From contig CM119376.1 of assembly GCA_051294905.1 (NCBI GenBank), positions 15,252,001 through 15,316,000 on the forward strand: a DNA stretch of 64,000 bases. The letters are read 5' to 3'. Position numbers and translations under genes: made by a program. This DNA is from Botryllus schlosseri (lineage: Eukaryota). Numbering within the stretch: position 1 is the first letter of the stretch; every line of letters begins with the position of its first letter. The notes under the pieces were generated by a model. That model worked only from the letters and a program-made list of their open reading frames with translations. It had not been told where the DNA came from and made no database searches. Shown here piece by piece: positions 1 through 13,855 of this stretch.

Positions 1-234
1 TATACATACATATTTTGGCGATTTTTGTATCTAATACCTTCTATTGTCTCACTTGGGCTTGGCTCAAGCGTACCTGACCATAAGCGAAATCGAAAACCAA
101 TGGCGCGGCCACGTTTTAATCCACTTCGATTTAAATCCTCATTTCTAAGATCCAAAAGACATGTTAAAAATGACTTATGGCATGAGCTTATAGGGAAATA
201 TTTTATTTTTTCATAACGTTGTGTCCTACTACGC

Positions 235-1484
235 CAGACCTGAGCAAAGTACGGCCCGCAAAAAATTATTAGGAATTCAAAACATAAAACTTGCTTTTTG
301 AATGACTAAAACCTCAACTGAGCAGGAAATTCGTTTACTTTGAAGCCTATTCATTAATATGCCACGAATACGCTGCCCACGTACCTCGCATGCATAACCC
401 AGATTCAAAATAAAGGCAATGTGACAAAGCATGAGTAGCAAATAAAGTCAGAAGAAATCACTCTTTCCATATAGTTAAGTTCACCTTCTTTGTTGCCATT
501 GTTACATTTAGCTTTATACGTTATGTGTTTCAAATTGCTACGTGATACGTTTCCAAATCCCTAAAACAAGTCAATGCTCGCGATTACTATATGACTCGTT
601 ATATCTATCACCCATAATGGATGAACGGGCATGTCAAAAAAAACCTAGAACTGAAATTCAAAGGTTTAGAGAACTAAATATTTGCATACTGGAATCAGGG
701 GTAAACCCGTCTTTTTAGTTTTTGCCGAGGATGGCGCCGAGATTAAGGATTTTAATTAATATGGGTCTTATGACAAAAAAACGAGACACTCGGTAAAGGG
801 AAGGCAAATTCCAGACAAACTGCAACCTTCGCTCAACATCAAGGCTATCTAAGCTGCACACTGCTCGGAAGGCGGAGAGTAAGGCATTAAGCTTTGTACT
901 ATCGCATATACATTTCAGTGCAGTGGCTCTAGAAGTGGGGGGCGTGAAAGCATCTGATGGGGGTTGCGAAGCCGCAGTATAACGATTTTTTCGCGCTCCG
1001 CGCGATCTACCCTCAGTTTATACTAGTTGCTCTGTGTTTTGTCCGACGTTTATATTTCAGAATTCTCTCATCAACAGCCATAACCTTCCATGTCATCCAA
1101 CTATCCGTTGGGATAGCTAGCATTCTGGTTGCAATTTTTATTATATTGTGCTGTCATGATCAGGGGCGCGAAATGTTTCTCTATCATAGAGGAAGGCGTG
1201 CCTAAAAAGTTTGAAAACCACTGTTTTAGAGTCTTAATAGAAAAACGTGGATACGGATTAAAAGCCAGTTAGTAATGCACCAAGTTATCATTGTTTCGAA
1301 TCACGACAGCACATTGGTATTTCAATACCTTTCACTTTCTCATTAGCCTACATAACATCAACATATTCACTGAGCAGCATTTAATAACAATGTTGGAGAA
1401 TATTGCTAAAAATTTCCTCTCGGCCCGCCAACATATTTTTTACTTCTCATTTGGCCCGCGGACGAAAATAATTGCCCACCCCTG
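235..1484. mobile_element. hAT MITE (GGCCCGC family) containing a nested GGGGCG-family MITE at 921-1223
   Basis: Ends CAGACCTGAGCAAA and TTGCCCACCCCTG; perfect TSD TACTACGC (227-234 and 1485-1492). Confidence 0.8.
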
Positions 1485-2335
1485 TACTACGCTCACGATA
1501 CAGATGCTTGACAGACAGGCCATAAAAGCATTATAGCAAACGCCTACCACCTATACACGCATTCGCAAGTCACTCCTAATTCAGAGAAATATTCTGATCC
1601 ATGTAGTATCAGGTATCGTCACAATCTAGCGTCGGTGCAAGATGCTACAACGCAAGTATGGCATTTAAAATCGAATTAAAATTCGGATCATTGCTGTAGT
1701 TTAAACTTCGACGTTTCAGCATATAATAAATTCATTCCGTTTTTAAGAATCTTCCTATTTCTCCGGCGGCTTCGCGCTCCCTTCAGATGCTTTCACGCCC
1801 CCCTAGGGGGACGCGCACCCCCAGTTTGATAACCACTGCTTTAGTGGGTCCGCGATAAAAAAGGGCGCACGATTTCGTTGTCACAACAAACAAGGTTGAG
1901 CGGGAATGGACTACACGCTATTCGTCATTTAAGCCATATCTCAGTGTGATCTGTGATGCGATGTTATAACACCCGCATTAACCTCATTATTATCAAGCCA
2001 TCGCCCATCATCCTTATTAAATCGTGAATCTTCTAACCCTTATTCCAAATAGTGTGTCCAAATTTTCATTTTGAATGTGCACTGTATCATGATTCAAAAT
2101 AAATGACCAGAATCCCACAATCCAGTCCGAATCCGAGTCCATCATTTACAAACTTTGCCACACGGCATATACTCGAAATTCGAGCGCCTGCTAATCAATG
2201 CGCATTGTGCAATCAGAACGTTATCCGCGAGCTCCATGACAAGATCACAGCGTAATCAAACACACAATGCAGTCATAACTTAATACTAGCGTAGGCCTAC
2301 TCAACGCGTTATTTTGGGCGAAAAACAAAACTTAC

Positions 2336-2498
2336 CACAAGGAAGCATATCGACGAATAATAATTAAGAAACATCACAGTCTCCTTGAGCTTGCATGACC
2401 ATACGTCGTTGCGCCAATTATTATCGAGACTTTCGGCTGCTCTGAGCGGTAACGTAAGAAGGAAGAGAGAGTCGGCTATGGCCAACTGTAGCACATAC
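2336..2498 (-). CDS. GPCR 1 TM2-TM3 exon (163 nt)
   Basis: Canonical AG/GT boundaries; same length and phases as the paralogous exon 48441-48603. Confidence 0.9.
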
Positions 2499-4043
2499 CT
2501 GACAAGAATATTTCAGCGAAATAAACATTTAAAAATGTACTATCTTCATGATTAAGGCTTACTGTATATACCAACATTGCTGTTATTGATGATAATACAT
2601 AAAACGAATTGTGAGCTTGACCCGCAATAACAACTATTATATCAATGATTGACACCAACGACATTGATAGCAAGAATGCATCGTTGTCTAATGTAAAAAC
2701 ATAGCAGACGTTTCGGCCGTAACTTCCGCACCCAAAACCCCCAATTGGGGGGGGGGTGAGCTCGAATGAGGGCTCAATATTATTTCGCCAAAAAAAACAT
2801 AAATTATTAAACTTTTGGTTGTTAGTCATCATCATCATCATCATTGGTTTATTAACAATTTTATCAGTTCAATACACCACAAAAAATGCGATACAATGAA
2901 AAGAAAGGAAGATGTCGAAGCGACTAGGAGTTGTCAATGGAATCGGACACCCACCTTGGCCTAGGCGATGTAAAAAGGAGGCATGCACACTGAATCAAAG
3001 TAAAGAAGATAGTATAGAAAAAGGAAGCGGCAAGAAATAGGGCGTCATGTCATGGGAAGCGAGATCGATAGGTCAGTCGTGGTCCGGTAATCTTGAGGAT
3101 GGACTGTATTTATTTAGTGGTAATTGCTTGTATTTCGACTTGAATGTGGACATGCTCGTCGATTGCCGGATGGTCGCTACGTACGAATTCAATCATTCGA
3201 AAATTTCTTCACGCTAGGCGCGACTGACCACCACGCATGCGGTGTCGCCGACAACAACCAAATATAGAAGCTGAGCAGACGTGAAGGGGGGTCTGGGGGG
3301 CCTAAGACCAACGCCTGACGAATTGCTGTTTTGGCCCTGGGGATTGGCTACTGTACAGCCGGTATTTAACACTGCTCAATATCAATGTAGGAATAGTCTG
3401 ACGACTTAAGAATACATTGTAGAATAGAATACCGTACATTAATATATATCTTTAGGGAAATGTAGGGCTCCAACTAGCGATATGACGTCACGTGACGTGA
3501 TAGGTTCTGGTTCACGTTTGCGTTCACACAGAAACTTTCAAAAAGGTTTGCGTTGATAAGAATCCAGAACCTTTCAGGGGTTCGCACCATCCCCGATCAA
3601 TACCTCAACATTTTTCAATATTTAAAATCTCGGAACTTACAGTCGTGCGATGAGCCTTTTTGTGTCCGCTAATCAAAATATTGCATTTCATTCGTGACAT
3701 GAAAATTTCTAGCAATTCTTTTAAGTGTCATCACAAATTTAGATTCAATTTTCTATACCTACCAATGAGTGACAGCTTTCTTGTATTCGGCCAGGATCAG
3801 GATCACAAAAATAACCAGGAGATTGCCCAAAATACCTATCACGAAGATAAGTATGCGAAAGGCAGCAAGAACGACGTCTTCTTGAGCTTCCGCGCTGAAT
3901 TCATCGGCGCTTGTAAAGTCACCCGTATCTGAATTGATCAAGGAGTAGATCAGTTCTTCCCTAACTTTTTCACACAACGCCCACAAAGCAGATACCAAAC
4001 GCTCCTCGACCCCGACAAAAAGTTGTTTACCCATTACATGCAT
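2336..4043 (-). CDS. Class A GPCR 1 (somatostatin/opioid/chemokine-receptor-like), 5' part only; remaining exons lie left of the window
   Basis: TM1 exon ...FRILIFVIGILGNLLVIFVIL..KAVTH-W ends at TG|gtaggt (3763). It joins the acceptor ttgtcag|G at 2498, giving YVLQLAIADSLFLLTLP...SCKL...NYYSSICFLV, with donor |gtaagt after 2336. Class A motifs TM1 GN, TM2 LAxAD..P and TM3 Cys are present. No DRY exon was found in 1-2335. Confidence 0.88.
2826..3200 (-). mobile_element. 3' remnant of a CR1/L2-like LINE with (TGA)n tail, in GPCR 1 intron
   Basis: Minus-strand peptide LNSYVATIRQSTSMSTFKSKYKQL resembles the WNxLP..S...FK.KLK end of CR1/L2 ORF2; (TCA)6 at 2826-2843. Confidence 0.5.
3763..4043 (-). 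CDS. GPCR 1 TM1 exon (5' boundary either ATG 4043/4034 or acceptor at 3928)
   Basis: ORF 3759-4043 carries the TM1 GN motif; phase-2 donor after 3763; possible internal acceptor ctccttgatcaattcag|AT at 3928. Confidence 0.85.
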
Positions 4044-5029
4044 ATTGCATATTGCATGGATACACTGTACATTGGTAGCATTTTTAGGTTAATTTAATTT
4101 ATAGGCAGCGCGATATACATGATGTTATAGTCACAATTGTGTGTAAATTATACACAGGCACATTCAGGGAAAATAAATAGCAATTTCCCTTCTGTACTGC
4201 CACGAACGACGTGGCGGTCACATATACCAGGGCTGTCGTCCGGAATTTACCGGACATGTCCGCAATTTTACTGTTCAAACTGCGTCCGGAAATAAATTCT
4301 AAAATATGCCTAAATGTACAGAATTTCGGGGGCTTGAAGTAGGCTAAAAAAGTCGTAAATAAACAGAAAGAATATTATTTGTAAGTATAGTTGTATGCTA
4401 CTTGAAATTTTTGTTCGCGTTACATGCGATCTAGTGTCATATAAATCGAATTTAATATGATGTCCACCGAGCTTACAAAAATGCAATAAAAGTAAATAAA
4501 AATAACTGTGATTTACTGAAATAAATCTAATTGTAATCGCAATTGTAAGATAACGGTATATTCCTAGAGTCGGTTAAGGCCGTTTGAACGCTTAAGTCAA
4601 TTACAGTGGTTCTAAACCTGGGGGTCGTTTAACTTTATTCTGGGGATCGGGAAGATGTTGAACCTAATAAGCTTCCAAAATGTGCCGCGTCTGGGCAAGG
4701 TGCTAACCTTTATTAGTAATCAGCAAATCAAATTTTGAGCTGGGCCATGAAACATTTTCAAATAGGAAATGGAGACGCGACCATAAAAGGTTGGAAACCA
4801 CCGGATGCGCAACCTGCATGTTCAGGCCGTCATTTCGGATCATAAATAGTCTTATACGGGTGATATGAACCAGACATGGGGTAATCGCGATTAGTAATCG
4901 TAATAGATTTTGAAGTAATCGTAATCGCAATCGATTAGATTCGAATAATCGACTACTTCCCATATCTAATCGATTTCTTTGTGAAAGAACGATTACTTTT
5001 TATTTGTACAAGGACTATGACATAAACTG

Positions 5030-8000
5030 AACATTCGTGAACAAGGTAGAGATATTATTCCAGGTTAGTGATAGGGCACTCTTGCGTCAACTGGCAACAA
5101 GAATAAGCAGGAAAGAACGGCACGTAGTAGCGGGAGACTTTAACGGGGTTGACAGCTGCGAACTCGACCGCGAACCGCCCAACATAACAAGACTTGGAGA
5201 AGACGCCAGATACAATCGCTCAGTAATGAAGACCATAGGAGTGACCGACGCATTTCGTGACACAAATGGGGATAAAAAAGACTACACATATTCACCCCAA
5301 AGGAAAGTCCAGATTGGACAGGATCTACACCTCGAAAGGTATAATACCTCTAAATTGCAAACATATAACCTGTACCCTAACAGACCACGATGCGGTGACT
5401 GCGACCTTGCGCGTAAAAGGAAAGAGTCCGAGGCCTAATTCATGGAAGAATAACACACAAATATACGAAAAGAAGGCGTTCCAAAATGACTTCCAAGTGA
5501 AATGGCGAAGGTGGAAGACGCTGCATCCAGCCATATACGAAACCAAAATCGAATGGTGGGAAGCCGTCAAGAGGAAACTAAAGCACCTCGCTGTGAGACA
5601 CGCAGGGGAAACCCTAAAGGAAAAGCGGGACATCAGATTGAAGGAAGAGAAAGAGCTCGAAGAGGTAAGACAAAATGTTCTACGAAATAACATCTCTGAA
5701 GTAGAATACAGAAAAATAAAGAAGAAAATATGGAAGAGGAAAGCGGAAGAGCTATCCAAGCTTCAGGCGGAAGCAAAAGCCAAGCGAGAAACGATTCTGG
5801 ACAACAGCCCATACGTCCTCTGTCAGACAATAAGGAAGAGGAAGGAAGCGGTGAACATCGAAGAACTAAACGACGCAAATGGAACAACAACCTCGGATGA
5901 TGAACAAATAAGAACAATCATCGAAAAATACTACGCGGAGCTATACGGTGAGAAACAAACAAACCAACAAACTGCAAGTAGTTTTCTCAGGTACCAGAAA
6001 AAACAGCTAACGATGCAACAGCAGGAGAAAATAGACCCTCCCATCACCGAGGATGAGGTCCGTTTAGCCATCGCACAACAAAACAGGAATCGAACCCCGG
6101 GGGAGGATGGGATCAGCGCGGAATTTTACATTGAGAACAGGGACACAATAGCCGAAGATCTGACCGAAGTGTTGAATGAAATTTACACTACACAGGAAGT
6201 ATCGAGCGGCCTCGCAAGAGGAATTCTTAAGGTCATTCACAAAAAGGGTGATGCAAAAAATATAGAAAATTACAGACCAATAACACTTTTGAACTGTGAC
6301 TATAAAATACTAAGCAAAATTCTTTCCAACAGAGTAAAGGCAGCGCTGCCGAACATCACGCATCGACACCAATTCGTAAACCCGCCCAACACCATCAGGC
6401 AGCTGAACCTCTTGATAAGGGAAGCGGCAGCAGAAATGAGATCCAAAGAACAAGGCGCAATAATATCTATCGATTTCAAAAAGGCATATACGACACTGTA
6501 GATCACAACTACCTACAGGAAGCACTAAAAGCGGCAGGCTTCGGGCCAACCTTCCGTGAATTCTACCGGCAAGTATACGAAAAGAGCACATCGCGAGTCT
6601 CAGTTGGGGGGAGAATTGGTAACGAAATAGAAATTCAGACGGGAATTAAACAAGGCGACCCTATTTCCATGTATCTGTTCACTATTGCCACCGAATATTT
6701 GTTACAGAACCTCAACCAGAGCCTAGCCGGGTACAAACTGAACGGACTTAAGAACAGAATCACCACCCCGGCGTACGCCGATGATGTGACAATAACGCTG
6801 GCGAAAGTACAGGATTGCGAAAGGGCCGTGCGCATCGTCACCCAATTCGGGAAAGCAAGCGGACTACAAATTAATTGTGAAAAAACAAAAGGAATAAAAT
6901 TTGGAGCAGAAGGCCAGCACAATACAGTAACGGCGTTCCAATGGGCCGATGAGGTTAGCATATTAGGAAAAACAATAGGCCACGATTTGAAAGTAACAGA
7001 ACAGCAATGGGAAACGGCAATTGGCAAAACAGATCGACGTATCCAAGAACTGAAAAAGATGAAATTTCAAAGGTATGAAAAAATAGAACTAATAAGGACC
7101 AATATTCTTCCTTTGTTCGCATATCACGCCACCACCTCGAGAATGCCAAAGGATCTGAAGGCCAAACTAAGAGGACTCATTATGTCATTCCTGTTCGGCA
7201 TGGAGAAGAGAGCGGATTACAACAAAATAATTCAAAAGGAGGAAATCGGAGGACTTGGCTTGACCGATATACCAAGAATTACGGATCTCATATTCATCAA
7301 GCCTGCAATCCAGTATTTAAAAAACTCGGGCAAAAACACGGAGACAGAATGGGAAAGACGGATGGAGCACCAGCTGGCAATCATCCTCAACAGGTACAGA
7401 AAGAACAAACTATCTAATCACAGACCTCATGCATTTCAGCCGCAACCACATTGGGTGGAAGTGAACGAAACAATGAGGGAACTGGGAGTCCTGGACGCAG
7501 ATTACGGAAAAGGAATGTCGAAGGACATATACCGGGCGACAATCGTAAGGCAACACAAAAGGGAAATCATGGACATGCAAGGCCCGAGCTGGAAGAACGT
7601 ACGGGCCAAATACCTCACGCGAAAACAAAGAGACCTCAACTGGGATGCGGCGCATCAAATACTTCCAACCATGGATAAGTTGAACGCACGCCTGGTCGAA
7701 CCAACTGATAAATGTGTGCTCTGCGAAATCCGAACTGAATCTCATGTCCATATTTTTACCCAGTGTGATACAATTACACCAGTTCTAAACCTCATTTTAG
7801 GAGCGTGGGAACAAGTCACGGCAAATACCGAACAAAGAGCGAACATACAGACCATACTTCATATGGCACCCAGACGACCAATCAGAGAAGGCCATGAGCG
7901 AACTCTAATGATCCTAATCTCTATGTTCAAACAGGCGATATGGACTGGAAGAAACAAGAAGCTACACGAGACGCGCAAAATAGATCGCCAGTGGCTGCTG

Positions 8001-8226
8001 AATTCCTTCAAGCGGAGAATAACGATGAGGAAACCGATCCCGCAAGACCCGCAGCTAGAAGGCACCATCTCGAACGTAAAGAACAACATAATAGGGTGCA
8101 CCTTCCGATGAAGCGAAATTGAAATTCGAAATTATTGAGTCTATGAAATTTGAGTGTTGCGCCTTCTTACCGCTGTGTGCTTTCCATTGTGGAATTTACA
8201 TACCATAAGAACGTAATAAACAAAAA
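5030..8226 (+). mobile_element. 5'-truncated non-LTR retrotransposon, L1/Tx1-type (APE endonuclease + RT + C-terminal CCHC/zf-RVT)
   Basis: Endonuclease motifs VAGDFN, SRLDRIY, TDHDAV; RT motifs PGEDG, NYRPITLLNCDYK, DFKKAYD, GIKQGDP, YADD; CVLC..ESHVHIFTQC; A-rich sense strand; AATAAA near 8214 followed by a short A run. No TSD recognised. Confidence 0.93.
5037..8111 (+). pseudogene. ORF2 polyprotein of the L1/Tx1 element, broken by two frameshifts
   Basis: Frames 5037-5438, 5257-6501 and (6490)-8111 join at an extra C in a CCCC run (about 5295) and an extra TA in GCATATAC (about 6488); no in-frame stops otherwise. Confidence 0.88.
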
Positions 8227-11200
8227 TGTTATCGTTTCTATAGACAGCCTAACACTTTCATGGGGTGAACAGAAAATTTTCAAATTTTTTATTATTTATT
8301 TTTATATAATAAATAGAAACTTTCTTCTCCTGTAGCAAAGCGGTTACTGGCCGGAATTGAACCAAATTTTGTGTGTAGGCTTAAATTAGGTAACCTAACA
8401 ATTTTATCAAGTAGCCAGTACGATTTGAAAAAAAAGTCATTTTTGAAGAGCCCTAATGTACAATTGTACATTGTAGTGTGATTGTAAGAACAGTGAACAC
8501 CCACCGTGGTGTATATCAGGTAATCAATACACTCCAGACGCCACTACCTCGCAGCAGGATAATAATTACCACTTGGTCTAGTTTCAAATAGTAACTTATG
8601 CATTGATGTTTGGTTATGCTTAGTTAAGCGCAGTTTGACCGTTGCTTCCTGGCGAGCAGTAGGCCTATGTAGCACGTACGTACGTACGCACACACACCAG
8701 ACAAAGATTTAAAATTCTGTACTCGTCAAATAAAATATTACGGTTTCCACAACGAAGGAATAAAAGTTAACAGCGGCTGATATATATCACAACCGACCCG
8801 TTCTTTGCCGAATCTCGTGACGGCAGTTTGCAGTATCTGTATTAAGTTGAAGGCATAATTTTATGTTCACTTTATCTTATTTTCATACGACTCTGCTTGA
8901 AACGATCATCAAACGTTATTTCACAATTCTTTACTCAACATTTGGACCTGCCGCCATAGCCATCCGCTTATATACCATGTTAGCGTGGGTTGTAGCTATA
9001 GAATCAGGACCAAAACGGCAATTCGTCCCCCACTCCAAACGATTGTCTTGGGCCCCAATAAGGTGGTCAATTTTCAACTTGAAGACTGAATTTCGTCAAT
9101 AATATTGGTAATTGAATTATATTACTATTCATTTTTAATCCTCTATTAGCCCCCGATGGTCAGATTTACTTGTAGAGCCGGGGGCAACTAATTCATAATT
9201 ATAACATCTGGCATGTTGTTATAATTACTTTATTGTTTTTGTTGTTAATTCGGGACCTCAGGTCTGTTATTTATTCAAAAGATATTGAGGCTGCCCAAAC
9301 GTAGCAAACTAAAAGAAAAACTTCCATGAGACGCACGCACAAATTGTCATGCCTTTACTCCTCTGTGGGTGCCCCGGGTGTCATTTGCATTGTGGGCTCA
9401 GAAATTGGAAGGACAGGACTATTAGTCACGCCCACCCAGCGCGGCTATTGACAATGGAAAAATAAGTGCCCTAAGTTTCGGCCAAGGTTTTTTTAGTAGC
9501 TCACTTCGTGGAGCCGCATGTTGGCCAAACTGCACATGTCTTTTGGTGTGACGTTGCGTGGTAATGGCCGGTACCGAATTGCCTATTCCCAAAAATTTTA
9601 CATGTTTATTTTCTTGAGGCGGAGAGGTATGCATTTCAAAATCAAGAGAGACGTTTAAATCATGAAGCTCAAAGAAAATTTTCAAGTTAATTAAATCTCT
9701 CGAAAATACTCAATAATTTCTAGCTCGCTCGCCACCCTATTGGGGAGTTTGGGGTGTGGCAGTTACGGAGCTGGCAAGAATGCAAATCGTTAAGTGTGAT
9801 AAATCGTTTGCTATAAAGTTGAGCAATCAGTGCATTATGACGTAACCATCAAATGATGCATCATTTATAAAGAAAGTTATCTCATTAGGCCTTTTCATCG
9901 CAATCCTTATATTGTCTATCAATATATCCTCTAGGATTAGTTCTAAGAAGCAAAATAAATGTACTCGCGAGTAATCATGATTACTTTTCCAATATAATCG
10001 TAATCGTATTCGACTACTTCCTGATTTTGCTGTAAACGTAATCGTAATCGCAATCGCGTGATTAAGAAGTAATCGTAGTCGCAATCGATTACATTCACGA
10101 AGTAATCACCCCATGTCTGATATGAACATGACTTAACAATGTTTAATTACGATCCACACATAAATGCAGAGACCTATGTTTCACTTCTGACATGTACAGT
10201 CGATAGGCTAAGCTTTGATAGTGTGACATCACATTGACAGAGACTGTGTCCATACCCCATTGTAAAGCCCACTAGTCGACGCTAAAGAGTGTCCGGAATT
10301 AGAGCCACAGAAATATGGTAACCCTGACATGTATCCACATATCTGATTTTAGTGAACAAATCAAGCCATTAGTTTACGGATCTATAGAACAGTTCTCAAT
10401 AGTCCTCTTTTTACTATCAGTTCCCCGTCTCTCAGCGTCTACCAATTGTCCAGTTAGGATATAACGTCCCATTCGAGGTCTCCAAAGAGAACTGCAGTAG
10501 ATGTGTGCATTAGGCTAATACAGCGATTTTAGGTTATGATCTCCTAAATATTTGATCATCCTAGGTCTTAATAATTATGAACATGCAAACTGCATAAGGC
10601 TATAGTCCTCATCCGTTACCTTTGTAAACGTGTCTGAGATCTTCAACATCATAGACTATATTATTTTCCCAAGCCATCGCAGAATTGCTGGTATAATTAT
10701 ATAGTATTGTATCCAAAAATACATGTAATCTCTATTTTCACAAGCGGAGAACTCTGTTACATTTATAATATAACCCATACTCGAGATCGTAGGTAAAACA
10801 TTCATGGTCTCCCAATAAAAAAACTTGAACTGGATAGAGTAAACAGTAGTAGTAGTTGTTATTTGTTTGCTATAATGTTGATCTTCGAATGGCCGTCTAA
10901 AATTGTCATTCAACAAATCGTGATTCACGATGCGGGTCGGGTTTAGGCCTAGTATGGGGAGGGACACGGGTTGATCACGATTCATGAATGACATAAATTT
11001 CGAAACAGTTCCGATGATGCTGGGGCCAATTCTTCGCCATCCAGTAACAAGGCATGCTCAACTCCGTCAATGACATTACCAGCTGCTGATTTATAGAATA
11101 CCCACTTAGCCGTCGGAATACGCAGATGTCAACTCGCTTGTCTTGACATTAGTTGAACATGTGCATGTTCACTGTGTACAGACTGATGAAGTGCTGACTA

Positions 11201-12139
11201 CTGATCCAGTCTATGTGCTGCCCCGTATGAATTGAATACACAAGATCAATCATCAACATTCCCAGTATCGACAGAAGACATATGCTGTACTGTTGCACAT
11301 CGCGTGAAAGCAGTGCAATAGACGGATTGCTAGTAGTCTACCTGTCCACGACTCCGCATAATCATTAACTCATCGGACTTGGATAGTTCGCGCATCACTA
11401 CAAGTGATCTTATGAAGCGTATGTTTTTATACATCGGCCAATGAGCTGCCGCTCCTAATACTGGAGAAGATAACGAGCAACTTCTAGGAAATTAAGACGC
11501 GTTTGACGATGCGATCCGGAAGTACTAGATGCGCGCAATGGATAAGCGTTTCCTTCCATGCCCTTGCTGGCTCGGTTTGACGATAGCGTTGACTTCTTCG
11601 CCTGGGAGAGCTAATCAACTGGTTTGTGTTTGAGACAACACTATGTCAAAAAAAGTCAAAATTTTATCAAAATTGTAGCGTTAGGTCAAAAAATTGTCAA
11701 AATTTTTTACAAAGTCAAGGAATTTTTGCAACCTGCATTTCGTTTGTATCGTAGATGTTTTTTGCGGCAGCCTTGGTGTGACCAATGGTTACCCTGGAGG
11801 GACCGCAGCCTACCTCCTCAGGTTCGGGCATCATTGATCATGGGACCAATGCGCATTCTTATTCCCACTTTTTCGGGGTTTTTCTGCTGTTTATTCCCAC
11901 TTTCCATTCATCCAATATTCCGATTTTAGGTGAAAATCGCCCTACTCATTACATCGCATGATAGACAGCGCGGGTGACATGGTATTAACTTGAGGATGCT
12001 GTATATTGCAAGCGCGGGAGATATAGCAATGCGAGACCGCAAACACCGTTATACGAATAATACGATGTCTCCTCAAACTGAGCAGGTTGTTATTTGCAAT
12101 TTTCATGTCAGCGTTTTCGTTTCGTGGCAGACCCTAACC

Positions 12140-12880
12140 CAGGGGTGGGCAAACTACGGCCCGCGGGCCGCATTCGGCCCGCCACGCCGTTCTGTGCGGC
12201 CCGCGAGAGTTTAAAGAAACGTTTCAAAAATTTTGATAAAATGCGTACTAAAAATCGAATTGATGCAGGGACTTGATTAACTTTTTCTTAGTATATTTCA
12301 CCATGATAATTCTAAGACAGTGGTTTTCAAACTGGTGGGCGCGCCCCCTTGGGGGCGTGAAAGCATCTGAAGGGGCGCGAAACTGGGCTCGACTGAAAAA
12401 AATTTTCGCGATTCAATTCATACTTATTGCTATGTATTTAGTATGAATTACATAGTAGAATCGTGTTTGAAGCTAACATGGTTATTGGTTATGATGCTGT
12501 CAGCATTGTGTGTCCTTGGAACTGAATTCAAAGTGGAATTACTAAATCTATGAAGAGATCTCTGATCACAGATTTATACTTCAATCCTGTTCTAAGAATC
12601 GGACCAACCGACTTTCATCTCTATAGTTTTGACAAATTGGATGTTGAGGTCCGCCAGCCTATGAAATCTCGCCACTATTTGATTCTGACGCGTGTACGAT
12701 ATCATCAAAGCAATATTTGGCTTGTTTTAAATAAGCACATATATTGTCTCCATGTCCTCACTATATAATCAAATAGCAATATTGCGTTTTGGTTTGTAAT
12801 CCCAATTTTATATAGTGCGGCCCGCGAATGCATTCAGATGTTGAATGCGGCCCGCGAGCTCAAAAGTTTGCCCACCCCTG
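12140..12880. mobile_element. hAT (Buster/Charlie-like) MITE with a probable nested MITE at 12318-12589
   Basis: TIR CAGGGGTGGGCAAAC; perfect TSD CCCTAACC; nested element flanked by TTCTAAGA repeats (its right end is degenerate). Confidence 0.88.
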
Positions 12881-13764
12881 CCCTAACCCCTTCTACTTTT
12901 TAAACATATTCAAATGTTGTTGTTTTTTACTTTGACTTCTTACTCAAGTCGCCACATTTCAGACTAGTTCCATTTTTACTTAACCGATTTCATGCAGACT
13001 ATTTACTTTCTATACTTTTTTAATGGTGTTCCTCTTTTCCCGCCTTTTTATTTATCTTACCATTTTCCGAGATGGCAAAACCAAGAATGTATTTAACAGC
13101 AAGATATGGAACGATATAACAAATTGCACATTGTGATAATACCTGTACAATCACGTTGAAACTAACTTCACGCACGCATAGTAAATTTTATTGTAAGGAC
13201 AGACAATCGCGTGGTTGCATTGCGTCAGAAAAATAGCAAGTGGTTTAGTGTGTGACGATTTGTACGATTTGCCGTCATCAATTTTAATGGGAAGAAATTG
13301 ATTATGAAACGCTACTATTCATGCTACGTTGAAATTATGAATTAACGTCCCCCAGCCACATGGAAAAGCAAAGCTTGCCTAATGTGACTTGCATGCCATA
13401 AGTTCCACATCCCTAATTCACACATTGGACGCAGTGAGTTGACGAAGTAGGCCTCAGGACCCAACATTTGTTGATGTACTGTAGCCAACGGATTCACGTT
13501 TTATTCCATGTAAAATGTTGCGGCCTCATAAATTGTAATAAAACACCGCCGGTACAAACTTAAGTCACACTGAGTTAAGTAGCTCAGGACTATGACTGGG
13601 GGACAGAGTATGCTTCCATTTTATACCACAATTCAGTTTAGGGTCGTAATGTGGGTATCGACGATATTTCATGTTGCGCAGTGAGAAATTACAAATTGTC
13701 ATCGCTGCGAACAAATCCACTTGTGTTGTAATCGCCAATCAAAAATAATCAACAACAAAAGCAA

Positions 13765-13855
13765 ATTGTATATGCTTGTATATGTATAATTGTATATATA
13801 CTTGTATACTTGTGTATACTTGTGTACTTGTATATACTTATATACTTGTATATAC
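13765..13855. repeat. Degenerate (CTTGTATA)n simple repeat
   Basis: About ten imperfect TTGTATA/CTTGTG units. Confidence 0.75.

Larger units (their letters stand above)
4871..10119. mobile_element. Non-autonomous hAT element with GTAATC subterminal arrays, inflated to 5.2 kb by nested insertions
   Basis: TIR CAGACATGGGGTRAT at both ends; perfect 8-bp TSD ATATGAAC (4863-4870 and 10120-10127). Confidence 0.88.

Noticed and set aside
37-72. Possible 36-nt exon of GPCR 1 (TLEPSPSETIE)
   Set aside because: The DRY/TM4 exon must precede it and none was found between 73 and 2335.
5325-8122. Several 60-144 aa ORFs overlapping the retrotransposon
   Set aside because: Antisense or off-frame shadows of ORF2.
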